Notes: generated by a model not told the origin, from the letters alone. Counted from the first letter of the stretch, positions 8,249-18,670 are shown. The stretch is DNA of 64,000 nucleotides from Opitutaceae bacterium (GCA_051252375.1 JBPOFY010000002.1:1-64000), one strand, 5' to 3'. Numbers and translations are program-made.

Positions 8249-9223
8249 TTAAAGCATTAATTCCAGTTGGTCTTTACCGTTCAAAGACCAAGCCTCCAGC
8301 CCCTGACGGCGCAGGTCGGCAGCAAAGTCTGCATCATAACCATGGGTCGTATAGACCTGCTTCGGCTTCACCGCTTCGACGAATTTCAATAAGTCCGGGT
8401 AGTCGGCGTGATCTGAAAGCGGGATCACGTCATCCACACCAAATCGAAACCGAGCAGAACCATCTGCGCCCCACCCGCTGACCATCGCCACCACACAATC
8501 CTTGCGCGGCAGCTTTTTCAGCACACTGGGAGGCATGACAACGACGCTGCCCTCCATATTTAAGAAGTCCAAAGGTCTAGTCTTCGGAAGCTCCACCCCG
8601 AAGTAAGTATAGACTTGGTTTAATTCACCAATGGTTCGATGCACCATGATTGACTGCGAGCGACTCTCTAAAATCTTTAATACCTCCTGCGCTTTGCCTA
8701 GCGAGTAGGCTAGAAGAACTGGTGTCTTTCCCCTCGCTTCAGCCTCATCGCAAAAAGCGTGTAACCGTTCACATGTTTCAGCAAACGGAGGAAACACATA
8801 ACTTGGACGACCAAAGGTGGTCTCCATGACCAGAGTATCTGCCTGAGGAATTTCAATGGCTTCAGCCGCAAGGCCTTTGCGTGTTTTAAAATCGCCCGTG
8901 TAGAGAAACGTTTCTCCCCCGTCCGTCTCGACATATGCCATCGCCGACCCCAGCACATGACCTGCGGGATAGAGCTTCAGGCTATAGCCTTTGCCCTCAT
9001 AAACCTCACCGTAGGCTAAAGCCACGCCGCGTTGAGCCAGCGCATCTCCCATCCGCACACGGATGAGTGCAATCGTTTCGGGCGTGGCAATATAACACTC
9101 ATGCCGACCGACGTGGTCCCCATGCGCATGCGAGACGATCGCAAATGGTCGACGCTTGCGGGGATCGAACCATAGACCTAAGTCCGGCAGTAAGACACCA
9201 CCTCTATCGATTGGCTTGAGCAT
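8249..9223 (-). CDS. MBL-fold beta-CASP nuclease (ligase-associated DNA damage exonuclease-like)
   Basis: SHAHGDH, AGHVLGS, YTGD, ETTFG, YSLGKAQE, SDHAD, THG motifs. Confidence 0.88.
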   Translation of the reverse strand: MLKPIDRGGVLLPDLGLWFDPRKRRPFAIVSHAHGDHVGRHECYIATPETIALIRVRMGDALAQRGVALAYGEVYEGKGYSLKLYPAGHVLGSAMAYVETDGGETFLYTGDFKTRKGLAAEAIEIPQADTLVMETTFGRPSYVFPPFAETCERLHAFCDEAEARGKTPVLLAYSLGKAQEVLKILESRSQSIMVHRTIGELNQVYTYFGVELPKTRPLDFLNMEGSVVVMPPSVLKKLPRKDCVVAMVSGWGADGSARFRFGVDDVIPLSDHADYPDLLKFVEAVKPKQVYTTHGYDADFAADLRRQGLEAWSLNGKDQLELML

Positions 9224-9244
9224 GTGTTATGGGATACAAGACAC

Positions 9245-9277
9245 AAAAAAGGCCGGACGCAACCGCCCGGCCTTTGT
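9245..9277 (-). terminator. Intrinsic terminator of lpdA
   Basis: AAAAAAGGCCGG..CCGGCCTTT hairpin with A-run on the + strand. Confidence 0.75.
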
Positions 9278-9294
9278 TCTTAAAAATCGTTCAC

Positions 9295-10692
9295 CTAGAT
9301 GTGAATCGCTTCACCGAAGACGGCGGCCGCAGCTTCCATCATCGCTTCACTCATAGTTGGGTGTGCGTGGATGGTGTGGTGGATGTCTTCTGCAGTGGCT
9401 TCGAGTTGGATGCCGAGACCATATTCTGCGATCATTTCAGTCGCCTCACCACCTACGATGTGCGCGCCGAGAATTTCGCCATATTTTTCACCGACAAGCA
9501 ATTTCACGAAACCAACTGAAGCATTGGATGCAACTGCTTTACCGGATGCCATGAATGGGAACTTACCGACTTTATAGGCGATGCCTTCTTCTTTCAGTTT
9601 CTTCTCGGTCTTACCGATGGAAGCCACTTGAGGAAGACAGTAAGTGCAGCCTGGGAAGCTCTTCACCTGCTTAGCCTTGCCATGACCAAACATGCCTTGG
9701 ACGGCTTGAACGGCTTCGTATGTAGCTACGTGAGCGAGCCATGGCGGTCCAATGATGTCGCCTGCGGCGTAAATTCCCTTAACGGAAGATTCATAGTTAT
9801 CATCCACGGTGATATAGCCGCGATCTTGAGCGAGCTTCACGCGCGGAGAAAGAAGACCTGCTGTGTTCGCAACCACACCAATCGCAACCAGCACGCTATC
9901 GGCAGTCACAGACTCAGTCTTATCACCTTTCACGAGGTCCATCTTCACATTATTCTTAGCAACCTTGATGTTCTGAACCGCAGTCGAAGTGCGGCAATCA
10001 ATGCCTTGGGATTTGAACTCTTTAGCCACGACAGCAGCCACTTCGTGGTCTTCCACTGGTAATACTTGATCGAGCATTTCAACCAATGTCACCTTGGTGC
10101 CAAAAGCATTTAAGAAATAAGCAAACTCAGCACCAATTGCGCCCGCACCGACGATCACGATAGACTTGGGTTGCGTCTTCATTTCCAAAGCTTGGCGGGA
10201 TGTCATGATACGCTCGCCATCGACTTCAATGTCAGGCAATTGACGAGGCTTACAACCAGTCGCGACCAAGATTTTCTCAGTCGAAAGGATTTTGCCCTTA
10301 TCTGCTCCCTCAGTCACTTCCACCATGCCAGGCACGGAAATCGTGCCCACACCTTTGATGTAATCGACCTTGTTCTTTTTGAAAAGAAATTCGATGCCTT
10401 TCGCCATGTTAGCCGAAACACCACGGGAGCGCTGAATGATTTTTGTGAAATCAAAACTCGCACCCTTCACGCTCAGACCGAAATCTTCACAGTGATTGAT
10501 CTTATTGAACAACTCCGCGCTCTTGAGGAGTGCCTTGGAAGGGATACATCCCCAATTCAAGCAAGTGCCTCCAGCGCGCTCTTGCTCAACACAAGCGACT
10601 TTTTTGCCGAGTTGCCCCGCGCGAATCGCTGCAGCGTAGCCAGCAGGTCCTCCGCCGATAACGACGAGATCGTATTTAGTAGTATTAGCCAT
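9295..10692 (-). CDS. lpdA: Dihydrolipoyl dehydrogenase
   Basis: GGGPAG FAD motif, GGTCLNWGCIPSK redox disulfide, GAGAIG NAD motif, HPTMSE. Confidence 0.97.
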   Translation of the reverse strand: MANTTKYDLVVIGGGPAGYAAAIRAGQLGKKVACVEQERAGGTCLNWGCIPSKALLKSAELFNKINHCEDFGLSVKGASFDFTKIIQRSRGVSANMAKGIEFLFKKNKVDYIKGVGTISVPGMVEVTEGADKGKILSTEKILVATGCKPRQLPDIEVDGERIMTSRQALEMKTQPKSIVIVGAGAIGAEFAYFLNAFGTKVTLVEMLDQVLPVEDHEVAAVVAKEFKSQGIDCRTSTAVQNIKVAKNNVKMDLVKGDKTESVTADSVLVAIGVVANTAGLLSPRVKLAQDRGYITVDDNYESSVKGIYAAGDIIGPPWLAHVATYEAVQAVQGMFGHGKAKQVKSFPGCTYCLPQVASIGKTEKKLKEEGIAYKVGKFPFMASGKAVASNASVGFVKLLVGEKYGEILGAHIVGGEATEMIAEYGLGIQLEATAEDIHHTIHAHPTMSEAMMEAAAAVFGEAIHI

Positions 10693-10822
10693 GATGTATA
10701 GATCGTAGATTTTTAAGGCCTAGAGCCTATGAAACGAATTGGTCAGAAAAACACTTGAGAAGGGGCGCGTCAATGCCAGGAGGCACCCAAGAACAGATTC
10801 TGTTAAAAAGATCACTCGGTTT

Positions 10823-10851
10823 TGGACAGGACGCGATGTGTCTGTTATACT
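10823..10851 (+). promoter_or_regulatory. sigma70-type promoter for the DUF493 gene
   Basis: TGGACA-17 bp-TATACT with extended -10 TG; ATG only 11 bp after the -10, implying a near-leaderless mRNA. Confidence 0.55.
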
Positions 10852-10861
10852 ACCTCCCCTT

Positions 10862-11128
10862 ATGAAAGAAGATGAATCACTCGACTCCTTCCGCTCCTCG
10901 CTGGATGCCAACTACGATTGGCCATGCCTTTACCCGTTCAAGTTTATCGTGCCGAAAGACCACACCGAAACTGTCCTCGCACTCTTTGCGGACGATCCAG
11001 TTCGTGCTAACGAGTCTTCCTCGGGGCGTTTCATTGCATATACCATGGAAATGCACATGCACTCTTCCGACGAAGTGATCGCCATCTACCAACGCGTGGC
11101 GCAAGTTCCCGGTGTCATGTCGTTGTGA
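10862..11128 (+). CDS. DUF493 (YbeD-like) protein
   Basis: WPCLYPFKFIVP, SSSGRFIAYT, IYQRV..VPGVMSL; divergent from lpdA; probable start ATG 10862. Confidence 0.85.
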   Translation: MKEDESLDSFRSSLDANYDWPCLYPFKFIVPKDHTETVLALFADDPVRANESSSGRFIAYTMEMHMHSSDEVIAIYQRVAQVPGVMSL

Positions 11129-11239
11129 TGTGAGACGAGATACGGGAGATACATCTAAGCAATTCAACCCTTTAGGAATAATTTCGCTGCCACAGGTTCT
11201 AATCACAAAGCAGCTAATTCCCTATCCCGCATTCCAATT

Positions 11240-11860
11240 ATGAAACCACGTTTAACTGTCCTCTCCATTCTCATTTCACTTCTCACTGCAGTTGCCTGCA
11301 CAGCAGAAAAATCGGAAACTAAAGAAACCACTATGCCTGACACAGAAAATACCGCACTCGAAACCGCAACATTTGGCGCCGGATGCTTCTGGTGCGTAGA
11401 AGCCGTGTTTGAAAACCTCGACGGCGTCCACTCTGTCAAATCCGGATATATGGGCGGCAAAACGAAAAACCCCACTTATCGTGAAATCTGCACAGGCACA
11501 ACTGGCCATGCGGAGGTCACACAAATCCAATTTGATCCTACAGTCATTTCCTTCGACACCCTACTCGACTGGCTATGGCGCTCCCACAACCCCACCACTT
11601 TGAACCGTCAAGGCGCAGATAGCGGCACACAATACCGATCCGCGGTTTTCTACCATAGCGATGCGCAACGCGCTACTGCCGAAGCTTCCAAAGCAGCTGC
11701 ACAAGCTGGCTTCGAGGAGCCCATCGTCACAGAGATAACAGCCGCAAGCACCTTCTATGTGGCCGAAGACTACCATCAGGACTACTACCGCCTAAATAAG
11801 ACGGCACCCTATTGCCAGATGGTAATCGCTCCAAAATTGAAGAAGCTCGATCTTGAATAA
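11240..11860 (+). CDS. msrA: Peptide-methionine (S)-S-oxide reductase, lipoprotein-type signal
   Basis: GCFWC, GYMGG, GHAEV, AEDYHQDY motifs; N-terminal AVAC lipobox-like. Confidence 0.95.
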   Translation: MKPRLTVLSILISLLTAVACTAEKSETKETTMPDTENTALETATFGAGCFWCVEAVFENLDGVHSVKSGYMGGKTKNPTYREICTGTTGHAEVTQIQFDPTVISFDTLLDWLWRSHNPTTLNRQGADSGTQYRSAVFYHSDAQRATAEASKAAAQAGFEEPIVTEITAASTFYVAEDYHQDYYRLNKTAPYCQMVIAPKLKKLDLE

Positions 11861-11887
11861 AGGCAGAGTCTCGGTTTGTATGTGCGC

Positions 11888-12928
11888 ATGGCTGTAAAAA
11901 AGCGCGCGACCAAGAAAACCACTGCCCGTAAATCGACGCGCAAATCTACACCGACTCGTCGAAAGACAAATAAGAAGAAGTCGATTACAAGCCATCTGAA
12001 GAAGGTCTGCCTCTTGGGCCTAGCCTTTTTCGCGATCCTCATAATCGCCATTGGAGCGATCTACTACTTCGGCTCCTTTGAAATCCGTGGCAAAATCGAT
12101 AAAGTGGCAATGCAATCGATGAACTCGATACGCCAGCCACGCTGGATGCCTGGTCCTATCGCAGGCGTATTTGACCGTCTATACGACACGATCCCATCCA
12201 GTGAAGGCTTCATCGTCGACGGTGGCGAACTCGGGCGAGGTGATAGTCCGATCCTCGCCGGAATGCCGCAAACCCGTAAAGCGCTGCGTGTGCTGCAAAA
12301 CAAGTCTTACATCAACTTCTACGATGAGAAAGAACGCCAAACTGTCTGCGTCGCTTTCCGCCTCTCAAATGTAAAGGCAGACAAGGCCACCCCATCCGAT
12401 GGCAACCTCTACGAAGACCCTCGAGTGAACAGCCCGAAAAGTAGTGATTTGCAACTGAACAAATGGATGCCCACTGCCTTCGCGCCCGAAAAAGCACTAT
12501 CCAGCACCTACGGCACCGTAGGTAGAGATGAAGCACGGCTCATTACTAATTACGCACCAATGTCGATCGACTTTGCAGATAACATTTGGACGCCACTGAT
12601 GGACAAAATCACTTCTAGCTACCCTAAGCGCTTTGACGACATCTGGATCTACACCGGACCAGTTTACCACAAAGAACAAACCAAGCTAGCCACTGGGGTC
12701 CCCCTACCCGACGCCTTATACATTATCATCTTCGATCTCACCGAATCAGGCGGTCTCCGTGCGCTCGCATTACTCATCCCGGTAAACGCGGCAGAGGATA
12801 GCTCCTTCAAGCAGTTCCTCACTTCGATCGATGAAATCGAAAAACAAACAGGTATGCGTTTCGTGCCAGAGATTAATTTTGACGCAAAAGATGCTCTTTT
12901 AGGCGGCATTAACTCAAATCTGTGGTAA
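11888..12928 (+). CDS. Membrane-anchored DNA/RNA non-specific endonuclease homolog, catalytic motif degenerate
   Basis: Basic N-tail, TM helix, then NKSYINFYD, YEDPRV, TNYAP, IWIYTGPVY, VPLPDALY, SIDEIEKQTG pattern of the Serratia-nuclease family; DRGH absent. Confidence 0.75.
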   Translation: MAVKKRATKKTTARKSTRKSTPTRRKTNKKKSITSHLKKVCLLGLAFFAILIIAIGAIYYFGSFEIRGKIDKVAMQSMNSIRQPRWMPGPIAGVFDRLYDTIPSSEGFIVDGGELGRGDSPILAGMPQTRKALRVLQNKSYINFYDEKERQTVCVAFRLSNVKADKATPSDGNLYEDPRVNSPKSSDLQLNKWMPTAFAPEKALSSTYGTVGRDEARLITNYAPMSIDFADNIWTPLMDKITSSYPKRFDDIWIYTGPVYHKEQTKLATGVPLPDALYIIIFDLTESGGLRALALLIPVNAAEDSSFKQFLTSIDEIEKQTGMRFVPEINFDAKDALLGGINSNLW

Positions 12929-13021
12929 GCTATACATTTCACGACCAAGATACGGTCTATGAAATTTCAGGTTGAATAGCGAAACAAGGCGCACCTGTGT
13001 TGATAACTAGATATCACGAAA

Positions 13022-13393
13022 ATGCCTTACACTACGCACTGGACATCAAAAACAATCATCTGGACCTACATTGGCACTTTAACAGGTGAAGAGCTGATCC
13101 AGTCCAACATGGACGTATACGGCGACCCTCGGTTCGATGACATACGAAATCAAATCGTAGATTTGAGAGGCATCACTGAAAATCTAGTCGACGAACATCA
13201 TATGAACGCAGTGGCACATTTGGATATGGCGGCTGCTCGATCCAACCCTCGAATTAAAATCGCTGTGATCACAGATAACAGCAAAGGGATGGATATGTCA
13301 GACATCTACGACAGCCACACGGGAAGCAAATCCCCATGGGTCACCAAAACTTTTTGCACCATTGATCAAGCCCACGAATGGCTAGGTCTTTAG
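13022..13393 (+). CDS. Hypothetical protein (STAS/SpoIIAA-like small alpha/beta domain)
   Basis: 123-aa ORF with IVDLR, KIAVIT and C-terminal F.TIDQAHEWL pattern. Confidence 0.65.
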   Translation: MPYTTHWTSKTIIWTYIGTLTGEELIQSNMDVYGDPRFDDIRNQIVDLRGITENLVDEHHMNAVAHLDMAAARSNPRIKIAVITDNSKGMDMSDIYDSHTGSKSPWVTKTFCTIDQAHEWLGL

Positions 13394-13441
13394 AAGTTGT
13401 CCACTGAGAGCAAAGCACCCCGCTACCTTCGTTAGGTAACT

Positions 13442-14938
13442 TTATTTCTTAAAAGATCTCTTAAAGTTTACGCTCTTAACATCATTGCTTTGCTTCGGAC
13501 CTGCAGTGCTGCGACCGCGGTTCACGTCCGACTCCAATTGGGCAAGCAGGCGATCAACGACTTCAGGGTGTGTGCGATATAGATTGTTTTGCTCTCCGGG
13601 ATCCGCCTCCATGTCATAGAGCTGCGCAGGCGAATTATCGGACATAGGTTCCTTGGTCCAACCGCCAGAGCCTTTAGTCAGGAGCAATTTCCACTTACCT
13701 TCGCGATATGCAAACTGACCGCTAACTGAATGATGAATCACACCCTTACGAGTCGAGACAATGGACTCACCTTTGAATGCTGGAGCAAAACTTACACTGT
13801 CTTCACCGGCATTCTCAGGCAGCTTGGAACCGGACAATTCAGCGCAGGTTGCCATCAAGTCAGTCGTGCAAATGATTTCGCTACTCAATGAACCTGGTTG
13901 CACTGTTGCAGGCCAACGCACGATGAATGGCACGCGATGACCGCCGTCCCAAATATCCGATTTCGATCCACGAAAATTCGCGTTTGGATAATGCCCCTGA
14001 GCTTTCAAAGCAGGAATATCAGCGACCTTCGAACAGCCGTTATCACTAGTGACAATGATCAGCGTATTGTCCGCGAGACCTGCCGCATCGACGGCGTCCA
14101 CAATCTGACCAACCACCGCATCAGTGTTCATCACAAAATCACCATATGTCCCTAACTCGCTTTTCCCCTTCCATTCATCGGTTGGAACAATCGGCGCATG
14201 TGGCGATGTCAGCGGTATATACATAAAGAAGGGTTGATCTGCTTTTTGCTGCTGAATGTATTCGGCTGATTTACGACCGATCTCAGGTAACACATCCACC
14301 GCCTCAAAGTCGGCATGAGCCGGTCCATTGCGATGAAAAGCTTTCATTGTGGTGCACTCACCAATAAAGCGATCATTCTCGATATAAATATATGGAGGCA
14401 TGTCCAACGACGCAGCTATGCCATACCAATAGTCAAAGCCTAGATCAACAGGTCCACCAGTAATACGGGCGCTCCAATCCACACCATTGACTTGAGCCAT
14501 TTTCCCTTTCGTAGGTTTCCCATCAGGATTACGAAGCCCCAAGCCCAAATGCCATTTACCGACCATGGCCGTCTTGTAGCCCTGCTCTTTTAACACCCCA
14601 GCAACTGTTAAGCGATCCGGAGCAATCAGTGGCTGATCAAAACCAAACAACACGCCACTCTGCATTCGACTGCGCCAGTTATAGCGACCAGTCAAAATAC
14701 CATAGCGGGTCGGTGTGCAGACTGAAGAGCTAGTGTGCGCATCAGTGAACATCATGCCTTGCGCTGCCAATTGATCCATGTGAGGCGTGGCAATTTTGCC
14801 CTGCTCTGGATTCAGGCATTGCACATCACCATATCCCAAGTCGTCAGCGAGAATGAAAATTATATTTGGTTTCGCCGCCGAAACGGATGAAATCAAACCA
14901 AGACAAGCAGACAGAACTGTGAACAGATAACGTTTCAT
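13442..14938 (-). CDS. Sulfatase (S1 family, Cys-type)
   Basis: KPNIIFILADDLG, CTPTRYGILTG, GKWHLG, TSDNG; signal peptide. Confidence 0.96.
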   Translation of the reverse strand: MKRYLFTVLSACLGLISSVSAAKPNIIFILADDLGYGDVQCLNPEQGKIATPHMDQLAAQGMMFTDAHTSSSVCTPTRYGILTGRYNWRSRMQSGVLFGFDQPLIAPDRLTVAGVLKEQGYKTAMVGKWHLGLGLRNPDGKPTKGKMAQVNGVDWSARITGGPVDLGFDYWYGIAASLDMPPYIYIENDRFIGECTTMKAFHRNGPAHADFEAVDVLPEIGRKSAEYIQQQKADQPFFMYIPLTSPHAPIVPTDEWKGKSELGTYGDFVMNTDAVVGQIVDAVDAAGLADNTLIIVTSDNGCSKVADIPALKAQGHYPNANFRGSKSDIWDGGHRVPFIVRWPATVQPGSLSSEIICTTDLMATCAELSGSKLPENAGEDSVSFAPAFKGESIVSTRKGVIHHSVSGQFAYREGKWKLLLTKGSGGWTKEPMSDNSPAQLYDMEADPGEQNNLYRTHPEVVDRLLAQLESDVNRGRSTAGPKQSNDVKSVNFKRSFKK

Positions 14939-14954
14939 AAAAATATATCAGTAG

Positions 14955-16829
14955 TTATTTGATAGGCTCCACAATCATAGCGTGCCCACCACCAACAGCC
15001 ATCTTTGCCTTAATGACATCGCCGCGCTTCACACTAGCGGTTTTGATTTCGTAGGCTTCTGAATTTTTCACGCCGTGCGAGTCCGGTGCATCTTGATAGA
15101 ACGTCGCCTTGTAAGTCTTATTCGCGTCGAGAAAGTCGAGTGACACATCCAAGGTGCGCGCGTGACTGTTGTTTACAGAGCCGACGAACCAAGTGTCACC
15201 AGTGCGGCGCGCGATGCTAATGTAGCTGTCGATATTCGCATCAAGAACTTGGGAATCATCCCATGTTGCCGGCATGCGCTTGAGGAATTCAAACAGGTCC
15301 GCCTTCTTCAAATATTCTTCCGGCGCATCCGGAAGTGTGATGATACCAGAGTAAACGACCAATGTGCGGGCCACCTCACTCGCTACAGTTGAAACGTAGC
15401 TGTTCTTCTTCCGAGGACCTTTCTGACGCTCACCTGCATTGATGCTGTTCAGCCCGAAATTACCATTGGCCATATCGAGCGGACCAACCAGTGCGTTGAC
15501 CATGACCGTCTTTAGGAAAGTTTCCGGCGTGAAAGCACGGCGGCTATCCTGCTGTGCGTGACAATACTCGCGGCTAATCAGATTCGGCAGAGTGCGTTCC
15601 ACCCCTGCCATTGGCACAGGACCATCGTGGAAGTTAATCACCATCTTGTGCTCTGCAGCCGCCTCCATCGCAGCTCGGGTAAAAGCCACGTTATTACCCA
15701 TAAAACCATATTTCATGCCCGAGGCACCCAAACCAGAGTAGTAACTGAACAACGTTTCGTCACCGAAATTACCCTTCTTACGGTCGTAGTAGAGCTTGAT
15801 CTTCACGCCCTTTTTCTTGGCGTAAGCCATCACCTTCTCGATGTCGACTTCCGGCGCGACAACCATTTCCCCATTCTTCGCACTCTTAAACCAGTGATCG
15901 TCCACAGTGAAATATTCGATACCCTGTTCGGAGCAAAAATCTATATAGCGGAAGTAGCTGCGGGTATCGATACCGTAAACAAAGTCGCCGTTATCGTAAC
16001 CATGGACCCGCCAGTCCCAAAGTCCCTTACCTGGCACAATCCAACTGTCGTCTTCTAAAGCCAGAGGTGCCGCAAGATTCAGGATCACCGTGTTTACAGT
16101 GAGGTCGCCGAGACCCTCATCTAAAAGAATCACTCGCCATGGTGTGATTTGCCCAGCACCGCTAGATGTCGCCGAGCTTGATGAAACCATGGACTTGATC
16201 TCAGAGTTGTAGTGCAGCTTCATTGCCCCGAAGCCAACAGCTGTATAAATATCTGACTCGAGTAAGGCCAACGCACTGCCATCCGCACGCTCGACAACAG
16301 CAGGAACCTTCACGGACTTTAGCTGCTCAAAAGACAGCGGCCCTGTAACACCCTGCTCACCTTTCGGATAGTATACACCCCCCTCTTCGGCCAAACGGTA
16401 AGTATTGTAGAAAGTCAGTTTCTCTCCCTTCGATGCTTCCGACAGCACAAAGCGCAAACCGACACCGCGATCAAACACGCGACAAAGCAATTTCACCGGC
16501 ATACCATTTGCAGTCAGTTCCAGCGTCAGCTCATTGTGGTGATCACGGATCGTGCTGAATTGCCCCCAGGTCGGCTCCCAACTTGTATCGTTAGCTTGAA
16601 CCGATTGATTCACTAAAGCCATCTTCGCGCCAGCTATAATTTCCAACTTTGATTCGCCAACCACCGACTCTCCATTCTTGGCGACTGTATAGTAGAGCAC
16701 TCCGTTTTTAACATCGAACGATGCAGAAATCTGCTCGTCAGGAGACTTCACGTCCACTGGTGCCGAAAATAGGTGAGATACCGCGAATGCGGCTCCAAAC
16801 AATATTCCTGTATATTTATTCATCTTCAT
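14955..16829 (-). CDS. Glycoside hydrolase family 97 protein
   Basis: VKSPD, TPWRVI, SWIVPGK, RYIDF, GPLDM, PATWDDS, IARR..WFVGS, GGGHAM GH97 pattern; start likely 16829 or 16823. Confidence 0.9.
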   Translation of the reverse strand: MKMNKYTGILFGAAFAVSHLFSAPVDVKSPDEQISASFDVKNGVLYYTVAKNGESVVGESKLEIIAGAKMALVNQSVQANDTSWEPTWGQFSTIRDHHNELTLELTANGMPVKLLCRVFDRGVGLRFVLSEASKGEKLTFYNTYRLAEEGGVYYPKGEQGVTGPLSFEQLKSVKVPAVVERADGSALALLESDIYTAVGFGAMKLHYNSEIKSMVSSSSATSSGAGQITPWRVILLDEGLGDLTVNTVILNLAAPLALEDDSWIVPGKGLWDWRVHGYDNGDFVYGIDTRSYFRYIDFCSEQGIEYFTVDDHWFKSAKNGEMVVAPEVDIEKVMAYAKKKGVKIKLYYDRKKGNFGDETLFSYYSGLGASGMKYGFMGNNVAFTRAAMEAAAEHKMVINFHDGPVPMAGVERTLPNLISREYCHAQQDSRRAFTPETFLKTVMVNALVGPLDMANGNFGLNSINAGERQKGPRKKNSYVSTVASEVARTLVVYSGIITLPDAPEEYLKKADLFEFLKRMPATWDDSQVLDANIDSYISIARRTGDTWFVGSVNNSHARTLDVSLDFLDANKTYKATFYQDAPDSHGVKNSEAYEIKTASVKRGDVIKAKMAVGGGHAMIVEPIK

Positions 16830-17116
16830 TAATGTATTTTTTAGTGGTCTCAGTAAATTTTGAAAAGTGCTGATGGTCATTCTCACCTTCAATTTGAATT
16901 TAGCAATTTAAAGGTATTCCCCTTCCATCATCGAAGACAAGCTCGACTCAGATAGGTGTAACATAATTCAAGTTCACATATTACCTTAGAAAACCTGTTC
17001 TAGCATCACGTGATTGCGCGAAAATGCTCATACGACGTAAGCCAGTAAGGACTTAGAGAGGCAAAGCCAATTCGCTCAAATGCTTGCTGGGACTTTGATG
17101 AAAGATTTAATACCGC

Positions 17117-18568
17117 TTAATGACGTGCTGCTTTAACTGCTTCAAGCAGCTCAGTTTGTCCTGCGTGAGCATTGTGCTTGATCCCGGTATGACGCTTGCT
17201 GCGTGTGGTATACCAGTGGTATTTACCCTTCGCATTCTCGTCAGCGACAATCGGTGCATCATATTCAACAGCAATGACTGTATTTCTAAAGTCCGGCATT
17301 TCCGCAGGCACATCAATCTTAGTGATGTGGCCATTGGCGTCATAGGAAACCGGCAGCGCTTCGCGTTGCTCATCCGCAAGGAAGTAAACTTTGCTTGGCT
17401 TGCCGACGATACCATTGAACTCAATACCTTCCTTCTTCCACTCAAGAACGTGCAAATAGATGGTCTGATCTTTTTGCGTCATCGCACCCCACCAAAAATC
17501 ATAATCAACAGGCGATGCAGTTGTGCCGTAGATCGAATCACCATTCACAGCCATCCATTTTCCGGCTGCTTGCAGGCGAACAGTTTCCTCGGAAAGGATA
17601 TTTCCTTTCGGGTCAGGACCAACGTTTAGTAGCAGATTCACACCGCGTGCCGCACACAGCGCCAAGAATTCGACGATGTCCTTCTCGCTTTTCCAAGCGT
17701 CGTCGGTGTGGTCATAGCCCCAGTTGTGACGCATGGTCATACAGGTCTCGGAATCTACCGTCATACGCTCGGAAGGAAGCATGCGATCCGGCAAAGAATT
17801 GAAGTCGGCGTATTTTTGGTTCTCCACCGACACCCGGCGACTGTAGAGGCGGCTGCAGATCGCAGAATTGGGCTGGAGCTCACGCACCCGCGCACCTTGC
17901 GCATCAGCTTCAATCACATCATTGCCACCAACGTCGAACCACAGGACGGCCATTTCGCCATAATTGGTCAGCAACTCTTCAAGGTTCTTCTCAACTAGCT
18001 TGAGATACTCATCATTGCTCAAAGTGCCTTTTACTTTACCACGCGAACGGTGATACCAGTCCTTGAACTGAGAGTAATACACGCCGAACTTGATGTCCTG
18101 CTTCGCACATTCGTCGGCAAGTTCCTTGATGATATCACGCTTGAAAGGAGTGGCGTCCATCACGTTGTAGTCAGTGGCATCGGTGTCGAACAGACAGAAC
18201 CCGTCATGGTGCTTCGAAGTGATGACGATGTATTTCATTCCAGATTCTTTAGCCAAGGAAACCCACTCTTTGGCATCAAAGTCTGTTGGGTTAAACTGAG
18301 GAGCCAGTGCATTGCGGTATTCCTTACCGTGGATCTTCGCGCTGTTCATGAGCCATTCAGCACTCGCACCGCCCTGCTCCTTGCCGTAGTCCTTCCCCTT
18401 CCATTCACCACCGGCAACGGTATAAAGACCCCAGTGGATAAACATACCATAGCGCGCTTCGCGCCACCACTCCATGTGGCTGTCGTCGATCGAATCCGCA
18501 AACGTCGGTGTCGATGTTAGAGTTACAAGCGCAACGAAAACGCAGAGAGTCTTATTGAATAGTTTCAT
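17117..18568 (-). CDS. Alpha-L-fucosidase (GH29)
   Basis: WWREARYGMFIHWG, TSKHHDGF, LWFD nucleophile, LLLNVGP; probable start 18568. Confidence 0.95.
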   Translation of the reverse strand: MKLFNKTLCVFVALVTLTSTPTFADSIDDSHMEWWREARYGMFIHWGLYTVAGGEWKGKDYGKEQGGASAEWLMNSAKIHGKEYRNALAPQFNPTDFDAKEWVSLAKESGMKYIVITSKHHDGFCLFDTDATDYNVMDATPFKRDIIKELADECAKQDIKFGVYYSQFKDWYHRSRGKVKGTLSNDEYLKLVEKNLEELLTNYGEMAVLWFDVGGNDVIEADAQGARVRELQPNSAICSRLYSRRVSVENQKYADFNSLPDRMLPSERMTVDSETCMTMRHNWGYDHTDDAWKSEKDIVEFLALCAARGVNLLLNVGPDPKGNILSEETVRLQAAGKWMAVNGDSIYGTTASPVDYDFWWGAMTQKDQTIYLHVLEWKKEGIEFNGIVGKPSKVYFLADEQREALPVSYDANGHITKIDVPAEMPDFRNTVIAVEYDAPIVADENAKGKYHWYTTRSKRHTGIKHNAHAGQTELLEAVKAARH

Positions 18569-18670
18569 AGTGTATTTAGTAGATTTAGATGTTAACAAAC
18601 ATAGGTGTGTCCTACTATCGGGTGAACACGTTATTCATTATTGATAGTCAAAGCAATGCGAGTTCGGCCA

